From the NCBI GenBank assembly GCA_946555455.1, contig CAMNSU010000008.1, positions 226 to 64,225 on the forward strand: a stretch of 64,000 nucleotides of DNA, given 5' to 3'. Made by a program: the position numbers and the translations under genes. This DNA comes from an uncultured Clostridia bacterium. GTDB taxonomy: Bacteria > Bacillota > Clostridia > RUG12999. Below the pieces are notes generated by a model that did not search any database, had not been told where the DNA came from, and saw nothing but the letters and a program-made list of their open reading frames with translations. This document shows, piece after piece, positions 19,383-28,956 of the stretch (positions are counted from its first letter, which is position 1; every line of letters starts with the position of its first letter).

Positions 19383-20885
19383 TTATTTATTTGCCAAATA
19401 TTCGTCCACCTGTTTTTGCAGTTCCTCTTGAATTTTGTCCACGCCCGCTGCTTTCAGTTCTGTCAGATATTGTTTGACAATCGGTTCCGGGTCAAGTGCG
19501 CCGAGAGATACCTGTTTGTTATATTGCGCTTCCACCACAGAACATGCCGCAATTTCTGCCTGAACATTTGTCGTATCAAATACGAATGACATTAACTTGC
19601 TTCTTTCAGCCTCTTTATCAAATTCCTGTAGTTCTTTCTTCACGTTCGGGTCTTCATCTTCTGTGCAGTAACCGATAAATACATTTGCAAGCATCCATTT
19701 CGCATCTGACAGACAATATCCCGAATTTGGTATGAGTCGGATAACGTTATCCGAGACTTTTTCATAGTGTTTTCCTTCCACACCGAATACCAGCAAATTA
19801 TTCAGCACCGGATCCGTATTAACAAGTTCCAGAAACCGCGCTACCCTTGCCGGATTTTTCGATGTTGCCGAAATTGCATTCATGGAAGCCAGACCAAGCG
19901 CTGCCTGCGGTTTCTCAATATATGCCTGCGCAAAATCATATTTCGGATTTTTAATCAGTTCCTGCACCTTGCCAGGTTTTAACGGATACATCATACAGAA
20001 GGTTTTGCCGTTTTGCAGCCCTTTAATTCTGTCAGCATCTGAATTGTTTGTCATAATATCGCGTTTAATCAGTTCTTCCTTATAGTACGTGTTTGCCATT
20101 TTAAACTGTTCCATTGCCTCCGGCTGTTCCAGGCGGTTAACAATTTTAAACGTATCGTCTCCCTGTACATATCCGAGGTTGCAGCCTGTCATAACCGATA
20201 CATACGGCAAAGTTCCGCCAAGAGACATATTTTCGCCCCAGTCAATCGGATATGTCATATCCGGTTCATTCTCCTTTATCATTTTTGCTATCGGCAGAAG
20301 ATCGGCATATGTTTTTACCTGTGACATGTCAATATGATATTTGTCCGCAATATCTTTTCTGTAAATCCAGCCATATGCCGTTGCATTTTCTTTGATGGTC
20401 GGCAGCGCATAGATTTTTCCTTTTACTCTTGCGCCCTCCAGCGAATCATGGTCTGCCAATTCATAGGTCTTAGGCATATATTTCTCAAAAAGTTCATCCA
20501 TCGGATAAAATGCGCCTGTTTCCGCACTTACCGCATAGTTTAGCATCCAGTTGGCGGTATAGCACAAATCAAAATATTCTCCCGCTTGAAGCATATTTGT
20601 CATTTTGTCGCTATACTGCGCGCTCTCCATAATATTTAGTTTGATTGTCGCGTTGATTTTGTCTTTTAAATAGGCATTGATTTCATTTTCAACCGTTGCC
20701 ACATCGGATTGTTGGTTTGCACATATGTACCAGTTAATTTCATAGGGTGTTTCCGGAACCGTGTTCGGGTCTTCCATGGATGTCGTTGTTACGCCCTTCG
20801 TACCGCATCCTCCTGCCATTCCTGCAAACATCACAGCCGCTGCCGCAAGCGCAATCCCTTTAAACCATCTGCTTTTTTTCATCAT
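19383..20885 (-). CDS. ABC transporter solute-binding lipoprotein (LplA-like, DUF3502-type C-terminus)
   Basis: Lipobox MAGGC, and a C-terminal LKAAGVDKIQEELQKQVDEYL. RBS AGAAAGG before 20885. Confidence 0.92.
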   Translation of the reverse strand: MMKKSRWFKGIALAAAAVMFAGMAGGCGTKGVTTTSMEDPNTVPETPYEINWYICANQQSDVATVENEINAYLKDKINATIKLNIMESAQYSDKMTNMLQAGEYFDLCYTANWMLNYAVSAETGAFYPMDELFEKYMPKTYELADHDSLEGARVKGKIYALPTIKENATAYGWIYRKDIADKYHIDMSQVKTYADLLPIAKMIKENEPDMTYPIDWGENMSLGGTLPYVSVMTGCNLGYVQGDDTFKIVNRLEQPEAMEQFKMANTYYKEELIKRDIMTNNSDADRIKGLQNGKTFCMMYPLKPGKVQELIKNPKYDFAQAYIEKPQAALGLASMNAISATSKNPARVARFLELVNTDPVLNNLLVFGVEGKHYEKVSDNVIRLIPNSGYCLSDAKWMLANVFIGYCTEDEDPNVKKELQEFDKEAERSKLMSFVFDTTNVQAEIAACSVVEAQYNKQVSLGALDPEPIVKQYLTELKAAGVDKIQEELQKQVDEYLANK

Positions 20886-20923
20886 TTTTTCCGCCTTTCT
20901 TTTTATTAACTTTATTTTCTGCA

Positions 20924-22189
20924 TCATAATCCCAAAGAGGGAAGTTCTTTGATATATTTTCTGATGATTCCTTGATGAAATCCATTGTTTTCAATGATTT
21001 CTTTATACATCCATGCCGAGGGTTTCGGGGTTCTCTCAAACATTCCGCTTTCTCTGTCCACACTGCACAGCCCGAATTTCGGCCGGAATGTCCACCATTC
21101 GTAATTGTCCAAAAGCGACCAATATAAAAATCCTTTGACGTCTACTCCCATATCAATACACTGTCTCAGCGCCGAAAAATGAAGTATCATATAAACAATT
21201 CTAAATCTGTCATCATTGCAGCAGCAGCCGTTTTCAGTGATATAAACAGGCTTGTCAGTCAACCTCGTCAACGTATTTATCATACATTCCGGATAAAATT
21301 CGTCAAGGTAAAACTCCATATCTATCATTTTCAGTTTTTTATGATAATAATCAGCTTTTCCTGCTTTTTCCAATGCGTTTGTCAGCGTGCGCGTATAGAT
21401 GTTGACCGACCAAAAATCCGACGTCCCCTTCACCTCCGGCAGATAGCAGCCATCTCTGCCAAGCTGTATGATTTCGCCTGTGCGCATCGCATGGAAAAAG
21501 AATTCGTTATCGTTTGCGTCACGGTACTGTGCCGAAGCAATATCCATTTTATTGTTCGGACGGTAAGGCATATAATTGACAAACGCATGTGCGGAACTGA
21601 CAGGCGCCGTGGTATATCGCTTAATCGTATGATATCCCAATGCATGGAATTTCACGGAATTGATTTTAAACTCCTCCGGACCAAGATTAAATTCGTTTAA
21701 AACATTATAAAAATCGACATACGGCGCAATTTTTGGAACGATATAATCTAAATAACGCTCAAAATAAATCAAATTTTCTTCCTTGTTAAAACCGCCCTTA
21801 TCTTCAAACCAGATGGGAATGCTGAAGTGTACCATCGTGCAAAACACTTTAATGCCCCGTTCCTTCAGCGCGGCAAAAAATTTCACATAATGCTCTGTCG
21901 CTTCCGCCGAAAAACTATTTTCGTCCGGCTGTATTCTCGACCATTCAACCGATGTCCGGAACGCCTGATGTCCGAGTTTTGAAACCAGTTCCACATCGTC
22001 CATATACATCTCATAACTGTTACAAGCAATTCCGGAAGGCTCTCCTATCGGATTGGGATTTCCTTTCTGTTCACTCCTCCAATTACTGGAATTCGTATTA
22101 TTTCCTTCCACCTGATGTCCTGCATAGGCGCTGCCCCAAAGAAATCCCTCCGGCATTTTCACATCCTGAATCGAAAAAATATCATACAC
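20924..22189 (-). CDS. GH1 beta-glycosidase
   Basis: FLWGSA..GHQVEG, FRTSVEWSRI, acid/base LNEF, nucleophile YITENG and WSLLDNYEW motifs. Confidence 0.93.
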   Translation of the reverse strand: MYDIFSIQDVKMPEGFLWGSAYAGHQVEGNNTNSSNWRSEQKGNPNPIGEPSGIACNSYEMYMDDVELVSKLGHQAFRTSVEWSRIQPDENSFSAEATEHYVKFFAALKERGIKVFCTMVHFSIPIWFEDKGGFNKEENLIYFERYLDYIVPKIAPYVDFYNVLNEFNLGPEEFKINSVKFHALGYHTIKRYTTAPVSSAHAFVNYMPYRPNNKMDIASAQYRDANDNEFFFHAMRTGEIIQLGRDGCYLPEVKGTSDFWSVNIYTRTLTNALEKAGKADYYHKKLKMIDMEFYLDEFYPECMINTLTRLTDKPVYITENGCCCNDDRFRIVYMILHFSALRQCIDMGVDVKGFLYWSLLDNYEWWTFRPKFGLCSVDRESGMFERTPKPSAWMYKEIIENNGFHQGIIRKYIKELPSLGL

Positions 22190-23334
22190 TACCCATCACC
22201 TCTCAAAAATTGATCAATCGCTTCCGTAGGCGCTTCTGCTGCTCTTTGTTCCACAAATGTCAGCACCTCTTTTTTAATGCGCATTGCCGTTTCCGCATAA
22301 CTCTTGATATGCGGACGAAGCTGGATGTTTTGCATACGCGACTCCATTTTTGGTATATGATTCCATGCAGAAACCACTGTATCGTTGCGGTATAGCTTCG
22401 GTTTCAATGGATACATACCGCTCTGTTTGATAAGTTCCACCTGCACGCTGTCGCGTCCAAAAAATGCAAGCACCTTTTCACATTCTTCTTTGTGTTCACT
22501 AAGTGTTGAAACAGAAAGTCCGAAAAGTTTTGCAACCGATGTTTCCCGACCGCTTTGACTTAGCGGCGTGTTATGTGCTTTAAAAATCGTTGATACCGCT
22601 GAGGACTCTTCATAAAACTCCGGAATCACACTTGACCATGCATGCATGATTGGCACATTTCCTTTTTTAAATGCGTCTATATTCATTCTTTCATCGCCGC
22701 TCGCATGATAGATACTTTCATAGAGCTGCAGCGCGCTTTCAATATCCCCGTCTGTATATTCGATAAGCTCCATAAGCGCACAGATGATATCCTCCCGGTC
22801 ATCGTTAATTTTTAACGTTTCACCCAAATTCTTGTCATACTCCGATATACTTGAAAATTCTCCGTCCCAGCTATATCTGTCAAGCGAAAACAGCATCCCC
22901 AAATCCATGTGAAACGGCATTGCATATGCCATTCCATTTCTGATGAAACTTTCCTGCACATAGTCAAAATATTCTCCGTCCGGCTTTAAAGCGCCGGAAA
23001 GCGGCACAATCCACTGCTTGTCAACGAAATCATCGACCCACGCATCCTCTGTTTCAACGATATCAAACAGATATTCACCGGTGGAAAATGCCGAAGATAA
23101 AAGACTGTATTGGTCAAATCCGGAAGAAAGTTCTATGAACTTCAGTTTGATACCCGTATTCTCTTTTTCAAATGCATCCTGCACTTTTTGCAGCAAGCTG
23201 CTTTCACCGGCACGCACCGCCACGGTCAAAGTCAGCCGTTCCTCTTTTTCATATGAATCATCTTGAACGCCGCACGAAGTGAAAAGACATAACATCAATA
23301 TGGCGATACCTGTAAGTTTTATATATCTTCTCAA
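22189..23334 (-). CDS. Extracellular solute-binding lipoprotein (family 1)
   Basis: Lipobox LFTSC, YAMPFHMDLGMLF and HIQLRP-like motifs. TTG start with RBS. Confidence 0.8.
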   Translation of the reverse strand: MRRYIKLTGIAILMLCLFTSCGVQDDSYEKEERLTLTVAVRAGESSLLQKVQDAFEKENTGIKLKFIELSSGFDQYSLLSSAFSTGEYLFDIVETEDAWVDDFVDKQWIVPLSGALKPDGEYFDYVQESFIRNGMAYAMPFHMDLGMLFSLDRYSWDGEFSSISEYDKNLGETLKINDDREDIICALMELIEYTDGDIESALQLYESIYHASGDERMNIDAFKKGNVPIMHAWSSVIPEFYEESSAVSTIFKAHNTPLSQSGRETSVAKLFGLSVSTLSEHKEECEKVLAFFGRDSVQVELIKQSGMYPLKPKLYRNDTVVSAWNHIPKMESRMQNIQLRPHIKSYAETAMRIKKEVLTFVEQRAAEAPTEAIDQFLRGDG

Positions 23335-23380
23335 AATATCCCCCTTCCCAACCGCAAAACATATTTTCCCTTACAATATC

Positions 23381-23446
23381 ATTTTAGCATACCCCTAAAA
23401 AACGCACAATGCGGAAAACTTCAACACTTTGTATGAAAAACTTTAA
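23381..23446 (-). promoter_or_regulatory. Activator-type promoter, copy 1 (extended -10 plus 22-bp-spaced direct repeat)
   Basis: Minus strand reads TGCTAAAAT. Plus-strand GGAAAACTTC (23413) and GAAAAACTTT (23435). 59/66 identical to 25192-25257. Confidence 0.7.
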
Positions 23447-23458
23447 ATCGTCTTTGCT

Positions 23459-23735
23459 TAGCCTGACGTTTCCAATTTGAACCCGCCTAAAACGGCGATA
23501 TTTTGGTATCTTTCGGATTGTCGTCTTTGATAGGCGCCAGCCTATCTGCATCCTCCGCACCAAAATCTGCTCAAAATATCATCCGTTTTAGGTCGCAGAA
23601 TTTTGAAAGAGCAAATTTTTATGCAAGACAAGGCGAAAGCGGAGCTAATAATTGTTTTATTAGCGAGCATTTCAACGCAGTATTGCGGAAAATTTGCCTT
23701 TCAAAATCGGTGTTTAAATTGGAAGCGCCAGGCTA
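23459..23735. mobile_element. MITE-like element with ~25-bp imperfect terminal inverted repeats, flanked by TA
   Basis: 23458-23482 versus the reverse complement of 23712-23736 match 22/25. Long internal hairpin at 23601-23706. No transposase. Confidence 0.65.
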
Positions 23736-23770
23736 ATATTACAAACGGTTCAAAACTTATACATTGACAT

Positions 23771-23805
23771 AAACAAACTGACAGGAAATCCCTGTCAGTT
23801 TGTTT
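23771..23805 (-). terminator. Intrinsic terminator of the phosphoesterase gene
   Basis: Perfect 15-bp inverted repeat AAACAAACTGACAGG-aaatc-CCTGTCAGTTTGTTT. Confidence 0.8.
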
Positions 23806-23827
23806 TTGCGCTTTATTAGTTTGCCGC

Positions 23828-25159
23828 TTATTTTATTTCCGCATATTTACATAAAGGGTCCATCGTGTTTAAAGAATCCCATATAACCACCTTAATGCTG
23901 CCTCCGGTTTCTTTAATCGTTTCACCCATACTAAATTCTATATCATTTGAAAAATCCGTTATCTCCTCGGTACATAATTTAATATATCTGCCGTCACTGT
24001 CATAAAAGGCGACTATTGCAGTGCCTGCGTTGTTTTTCTTCATTTCGTCTGTCATTGGTATATGTACTTTCACATTGTCAGTTGAAACAATACTGTTAAA
24101 ATTATTCAGCTTGTCTCCGTTTGCATCCAGAAATTCAGGCATGATCTGCGGTTTTTCTTCAGATGGATTATTATTATTTATATCTACAACAAACTGCGCC
24201 GCGCTTATCCACTGTTTATTTGAAAAATCACGTCCCTTTACGAGTATTTTATCATTATACACTTCAACGCAAAGCCCTTGACTGCCCTCATAATCCGCCG
24301 AAGTATTATTTACCATACTTACCATTTTTCCTATTGCCGCATCGTTAAAATAACTCGGTTTGTCTTTTCCGCCCAAAAGCGCTGGCTGGACGCACTCAAG
24401 ATTGATATGAGTATGCCCACTGAATACCAAAACATTGGGGTATGAATCCAAAATTTCTCTTAATTCACTGTCCTGCACCACTCCGTTCCAGTTTTGGTTT
24501 AAATTCTCAAGCGTTCCCGAAACGGTATTTTTAAGCGGCTGATGTATAAACACATATGCTCTTGTTCCTTCCTGCTTTGCGCGTTTCAGCGCGCCCTTTA
24601 ACCAGTCAAGCTGGTCTTGATGCAAATCGGCGTGTCCGTTCTGCGTTTGCGTCTGACTTCCCAAGTGAATGAAATACTGTCCGTTTATTTTATGGGCATA
24701 ATAAACACTGTCCGTCGGTTCAGCCGAAACAGAATTGGTATATTTAAGATAACGTTCTATTTTTTCTCCATATGTTCCCTGTTCCTCATACTTTAGTTCA
24801 TGGTTGCCGATTGTAAAATACATTGGTATACTGTTGCCGATTGTATCATTGATAGCTTTTACCAGTTGCTCCCAGCATCCATCTATATTTGACTCAACGT
24901 TATCGCCGTTTGTAATAATCGCTGATGTATTCGGGTCTGTCTCTTGAATATCCGTCAGTGCGGCACGTATTTTAGGCTGCTGGAAAAATCCGTCCCAGTT
25001 GCCCGAATGCAAATCAGAAATCACCCAAAACGAAAATTGTTTTTCGGATGGTTCGCTGTTTTCAGCAAAAACAAAATTAGGTGTCCACACTGTTATCAGC
25101 ATGAGTACCGCCGCAATACATGTAGTCAATTTATATACCACTGTTTTTAAATTCCTCAT
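23828..25159 (-). CDS. Secreted calcineurin-like metallophosphoesterase with C-terminal WDS-type domain
   Basis: Signal peptide, and SDLH, NGD, GNHE, FIH and SGHTH metal-binding motifs. Ends KVVIWDSLNTMDPL. Confidence 0.9.
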   Translation of the reverse strand: MRNLKTVVYKLTTCIAAVLMLITVWTPNFVFAENSEPSEKQFSFWVISDLHSGNWDGFFQQPKIRAALTDIQETDPNTSAIITNGDNVESNIDGCWEQLVKAINDTIGNSIPMYFTIGNHELKYEEQGTYGEKIERYLKYTNSVSAEPTDSVYYAHKINGQYFIHLGSQTQTQNGHADLHQDQLDWLKGALKRAKQEGTRAYVFIHQPLKNTVSGTLENLNQNWNGVVQDSELREILDSYPNVLVFSGHTHINLECVQPALLGGKDKPSYFNDAAIGKMVSMVNNTSADYEGSQGLCVEVYNDKILVKGRDFSNKQWISAAQFVVDINNNNPSEEKPQIMPEFLDANGDKLNNFNSIVSTDNVKVHIPMTDEMKKNNAGTAIVAFYDSDGRYIKLCTEEITDFSNDIEFSMGETIKETGGSIKVVIWDSLNTMDPLCKYAEIK

Positions 25160-25191
25160 TTTCCCGCCCTCCGTATGATTATTTTAACATT

Positions 25192-25257
25192 ATTTTACCA
25201 TACCCCCTAAAAACGTACAATGCGAAAAACTTTCACACTTTGTATGAAAAACTTTAA
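25192..25257 (-). promoter_or_regulatory. Activator-type promoter, copy 2
   Basis: Minus strand reads TGGTAAAAT. Perfect GAAAAACTTT direct repeat at 25224 and 25246. Confidence 0.7.
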
Positions 25258-25275
25258 CTCTTCCATATAAATACA

Positions 25276-25304
25276 TTGAAACAAACGCGAATCTATAGTA
25301 TAAT
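25276..25304 (+). promoter_or_regulatory. Sigma-A promoter of the two-component operon
   Basis: TTGAAA-17 bp-TATAAT. Confidence 0.75.
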
Positions 25305-25332
25305 TCCTATATAAAAAGTGAGGAGGATAAAG

Positions 25333-27114
25333 ATGAAAATAAAGCGTCTATACAATAATTTATCAATCGCGCGAAAAATGATTATTCCGTATGTGCTTAT
25401 CACTGTAATCGTTATCGCAATCCTCACCTGTATCATCTCTTTTCAGTCTGCAAAAACCATCAGAGAAATCTCTCAGCATAATGCCGGACAAATGATGCAG
25501 TCTACCTATAAAAGCATGAAATCGCAAATTGACGATATCAATATTATGTTCACTACTTTGCAGGCAAATCACAATATTCAAGACGCTCTGAAAGATACGG
25601 ACCCGTCCCATGCTTCCTATAATGTATCCATGATGAACGATATTCTTTCAGAAACAGATGTTTACCGCACCAAAACAAGCAACATCTGCCTGTATGCGAT
25701 AAACCATCCTGAATATGCTTCTTTAAGTACAACCGCAGTTTTTTCCGATAATATCATTAAAAACAACTGGTTCTACAACGAAATACTAACCGGCAGTCCC
25801 ATTCCCAAATGGGTTGCCAATGACAACAACTACGCTGCCAAAAGCTATATTACCGCATTGAAACTTCTGACTGACAATTTTACAGGAAAGCCGCTTGCCG
25901 TTGTTCAGATTGATATTGATGTTTCTCACTTTATAGCGCCGCTGCAAAATTTACAGCTTGCAGATACAGGACAAATTTTTGTCTGCACAAATTCCCTGCA
26001 CATTCTAAATCCGTATAAGGACAACTTTATTGCACAGTTCTCCCATAACAATGACCTTTATACGCTCACTGCGAACAGCGGTTCCGGCACTGTCTATACA
26101 TCAATCGGCAAAGAAAAATATATGATAATGTCATATCCTTTAAGCGGAACAGATTTTTATTTAATCGGCGCATTAAAACTCAGTGAATTATTCACAAAAT
26201 CCATTCCCCTGCGCAATACAATGATTATCATATCTCTTTTACTGATTTTCATTACCGCGCTGTTGATTTATAGAGTATCTTCCTACATTTCAAAACCCAT
26301 TGTACATCTTGCAAAAGAAATGGATCGCTATGTTCCTGATAATCCTCCTACCATGCTTTCCTATCAGCCGAATGATGAAATGAAACAATTATATAATTCC
26401 TTTAACAATATGCAGGAAAAAATATATAAGTTGACACACGATTTATCCGCTTCTTTGCAGATACAGAAAAAAGCGGAGTTAAAAGCGATACATTCGCATA
26501 TTTCTCCGCATTTTCTCTATAATACGCTCAATTCTATCAGTTCTCTTGCACGAAAGCACAACCTTGACGATATTGAATATATGACCTCCTCTCTGGCAAC
26601 TTTTTTTACACGTACACTCAACAACGGGAATACTTTTTGCAGCATACAAGATGAATTGACCCATATCATGAGTTATGCCAATATCCAAAATATACGATTC
26701 CCAAATAAATTTAAGATACATATTCAAATGTCGGAGGATATGATGTCCTATCAAATCATCAATCTAACACTTCAGCCACTTGTCGAAAACTGTATTGTAC
26801 ATGCATTTAACGGAAAATGCGAACAGGGAAATATTGTCATATCAGGGCGCCGACTGGATAAGGATATCTATATTGATGTTGCCGATGATGGACTGGGAGA
26901 AAATATTACAGACATCGGCTATTTAAATAACCGCGTAAGTGAACCGTTCGATTTTGATAATCAAATTGACCATTATGGCATACACAGCGTCCACAATCGC
27001 ATTCAGTTATACTACGGTGCAGAATATGGACTTTCCTATTCCTATAACGAAATGGGCGGCATAACCGCTACCGTACATATTCCCGCAATCCAAAAGGAGG
27101 AAACTATAAAATGA
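25333..27114 (+). CDS. Sensor histidine kinase (YesM/LytS type)
   Basis: Two TM segments around an extracellular region, HAMP, ISPHFLYNTLNSI, LQPLVENCIVH and DDGLG motifs. RBS GAGGAGG. Confidence 0.95.
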   Translation: MKIKRLYNNLSIARKMIIPYVLITVIVIAILTCIISFQSAKTIREISQHNAGQMMQSTYKSMKSQIDDINIMFTTLQANHNIQDALKDTDPSHASYNVSMMNDILSETDVYRTKTSNICLYAINHPEYASLSTTAVFSDNIIKNNWFYNEILTGSPIPKWVANDNNYAAKSYITALKLLTDNFTGKPLAVVQIDIDVSHFIAPLQNLQLADTGQIFVCTNSLHILNPYKDNFIAQFSHNNDLYTLTANSGSGTVYTSIGKEKYMIMSYPLSGTDFYLIGALKLSELFTKSIPLRNTMIIISLLLIFITALLIYRVSSYISKPIVHLAKEMDRYVPDNPPTMLSYQPNDEMKQLYNSFNNMQEKIYKLTHDLSASLQIQKKAELKAIHSHISPHFLYNTLNSISSLARKHNLDDIEYMTSSLATFFTRTLNNGNTFCSIQDELTHIMSYANIQNIRFPNKFKIHIQMSEDMMSYQIINLTLQPLVENCIVHAFNGKCEQGNIVISGRRLDKDIYIDVADDGLGENITDIGYLNNRVSEPFDFDNQIDHYGIHSVHNRIQLYYGAEYGLSYSYNEMGGITATVHIPAIQKEETIK

Positions 27115-28691
27115 CAAAACTCATGATTGTCGAAGACGAAACGCTTAGCCTTGAAAATTTAATGCAAATATCTTGGCATTCTATTGATATTGAAGTGACA
27201 GAAACAGCGCGCAGCGGCAGTGAAGCGATAGCTAAAATCAAACAAAACCCTCCGGATATTGTTCTGACCGATATTGAAATGGAGGATGGAGATGGCTTTA
27301 CGCTTGCAAATGAATTGACCTGCCGGTTCCCGAATATCAAAATCATATTTCTTACTGCGCACGATAAATTTGTGTATGCACAAAAAGCAATCCACTACCA
27401 AGCATTCGCTTTTATATTAAAACCAATCAATCAGAAATTATTGCTGGACACCGTTTTAGAAGCCAAAAATAAAATAGAGAGTGAAAACGCCGAACAAAAT
27501 CAATACAAACAGCTTTTGACGGATTTTTCAAACTGTAAATATTTTCTGAAAGACTATTTCTTTTCATCTGTATCCGGTCAACAATCTAACGAAACAGCCG
27601 TTGTTTTTGATATCAACGACTGCGATTACAGTTTTCAAACCATTCTGATTTCGCATTTTGACAATAATGGCATTGCCCAGCCGATAGACTTTACATTTTT
27701 TACGGAAATCATAACTGCTCTTACGCTGCATGGTTTTGGCTTGATTCCGTTTTATGAACAAAACCAACTCACCTATATCATAAAAGCGGAACATGACTGC
27801 ATTATGGAAAAATCTTTTAAAGCGGCAAAGATTATGGCAAGCTATATGAAATATCATGATACCTATAGCTTCACTGTCGCAATCGGCTCTGCCACAGACA
27901 ACATCAAACAACTTTCCTTCTGCAACAGACGTGCGCAGGAAGCGTTGAAGTACCGTTTTTCCATAGGTGAAAACGAAATTATCTATATTGATGACATTGA
28001 GCCTGCTAAATTTTCCATGTCAGACATTGATGCGTTCAAAACAAATCTGATTGACAGCATTAAAATTGTCAACAGTGCACAGGCGCAAATCGCTATACAG
28101 TCCATATTTGAAAATATACAAGCCACCCATGCTTCGCTGGATTTAACGCAGCGCATATGCCTTGAACTCGTTATCATGATGTCCATTGCAATGGCGCAGC
28201 TCGGCGAGCAGCCGGAGGTACTGTTTAACAAAACCGAAATATGGTCCTTGATAAAAACCTACCAATCCATCCCATCACTCAAAAAATTCATTTCCGATAT
28301 TTCCGAAACTGCCATATCGGTTATCAGTGCAAAACGCGAGGACAAAAACAACAGCATTATACAGCGTGCAATAGAATTGATAGAAAGCAATCTGGAAACG
28401 GATGTATCCCTTGAGATTATTGCGGCTCAAATTCCCATTTCATCAACTTATTTGAGCTCTATGTTTAAAAATAAAATGGGCATATCTTATAAAAATTATA
28501 CAACGCAAATCAGACTGAATAAGGCAAAAGAACTTCTTGCCCATACTGATTTAGCTATCTATGAAGTTGCCAACAAAACAGGCTATAAAGACCAGCGGCA
28601 TTTCAGCACGCTGTTTCAGTCAAAATTCGGCATGTTGCCAACCGAATATCGAAAACAACCTCATGGAAATACCACTTTCTCCCATCCATAA
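27111..28691 (+). CDS. Response regulator with AraC HTH (YesN type)
   Basis: REC domain (IVEDE, LTDIEM, KP) and C-terminal AraC HTH (YLSSMFK...GYKDQRHFSTLF). ATGA overlap with the kinase. Confidence 0.95.
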   Translation: MTKLMIVEDETLSLENLMQISWHSIDIEVTETARSGSEAIAKIKQNPPDIVLTDIEMEDGDGFTLANELTCRFPNIKIIFLTAHDKFVYAQKAIHYQAFAFILKPINQKLLLDTVLEAKNKIESENAEQNQYKQLLTDFSNCKYFLKDYFFSSVSGQQSNETAVVFDINDCDYSFQTILISHFDNNGIAQPIDFTFFTEIITALTLHGFGLIPFYEQNQLTYIIKAEHDCIMEKSFKAAKIMASYMKYHDTYSFTVAIGSATDNIKQLSFCNRRAQEALKYRFSIGENEIIYIDDIEPAKFSMSDIDAFKTNLIDSIKIVNSAQAQIAIQSIFENIQATHASLDLTQRICLELVIMMSIAMAQLGEQPEVLFNKTEIWSLIKTYQSIPSLKKFISDISETAISVISAKREDKNNSIIQRAIELIESNLETDVSLEIIAAQIPISSTYLSSMFKNKMGISYKNYTTQIRLNKAKELLAHTDLAIYEVANKTGYKDQRHFSTLFQSKFGMLPTEYRKQPHGNTTFSHP

Positions 28692-28711
28692 GAGATTGGG
28701 CTCTCTTATGG
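28686..28711 (+). terminator. Hairpin overlapping the response regulator stop codon
   Basis: Perfect CCATAAGAGA-ttgggc-TCTCTTATGG, without a clear U-tract. Confidence 0.4.
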
Positions 28712-28743
28712 CTATACCGTTTCGCATAAAAACTGTTTTGCAG

Positions 28744-28794
28744 CATAGGTTTGGACAGAGTCCAATATTTAAAGCTGTTTGTATATACAAACAG
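28744..28794. repeat. ~50-bp double-hairpin repeat, copy A
   Basis: CATAGGTTTGGACAGAGTCCAATATTTAAAGCTGTTTGTATATACAAACAG, near-identical to 57195-57244 in direct orientation. Confidence 0.9.
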
Positions 28795-28956
28795 CAGCGT
28801 CCTTGTTTCGCCATTGGCTATGATACACCCGACAACTACTGCAAATGCTTCTATCGGTGGGAACTTGAGAAAAAAGATACTTTCTCAAAGCGTATTCTGA
28901 CCGAAGAACCTAGATTTGTTCAAAAGCGCAGGGCAATAGAAAAATAATATGTATCG

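Noticed and set aside
28775-28794. Palindrome as a LexA box or a simple GntR/HutC operator
   Set aside because: The CTGT-N12-ACAG spacing does not fit CTGT-N8-ACAG, and Firmicutes use a different LexA box. TTGTATATACAA resembles HutC-type sites, but no GntR gene is present and conservation extends well beyond an operator. It is not fully excluded.
28800-28947. Transposase remnant (IGYDTPDNY...) after repeat copy A
   Set aside because: Only a vague likeness to integrase-core tails; too short to support without a tBLASTn search.
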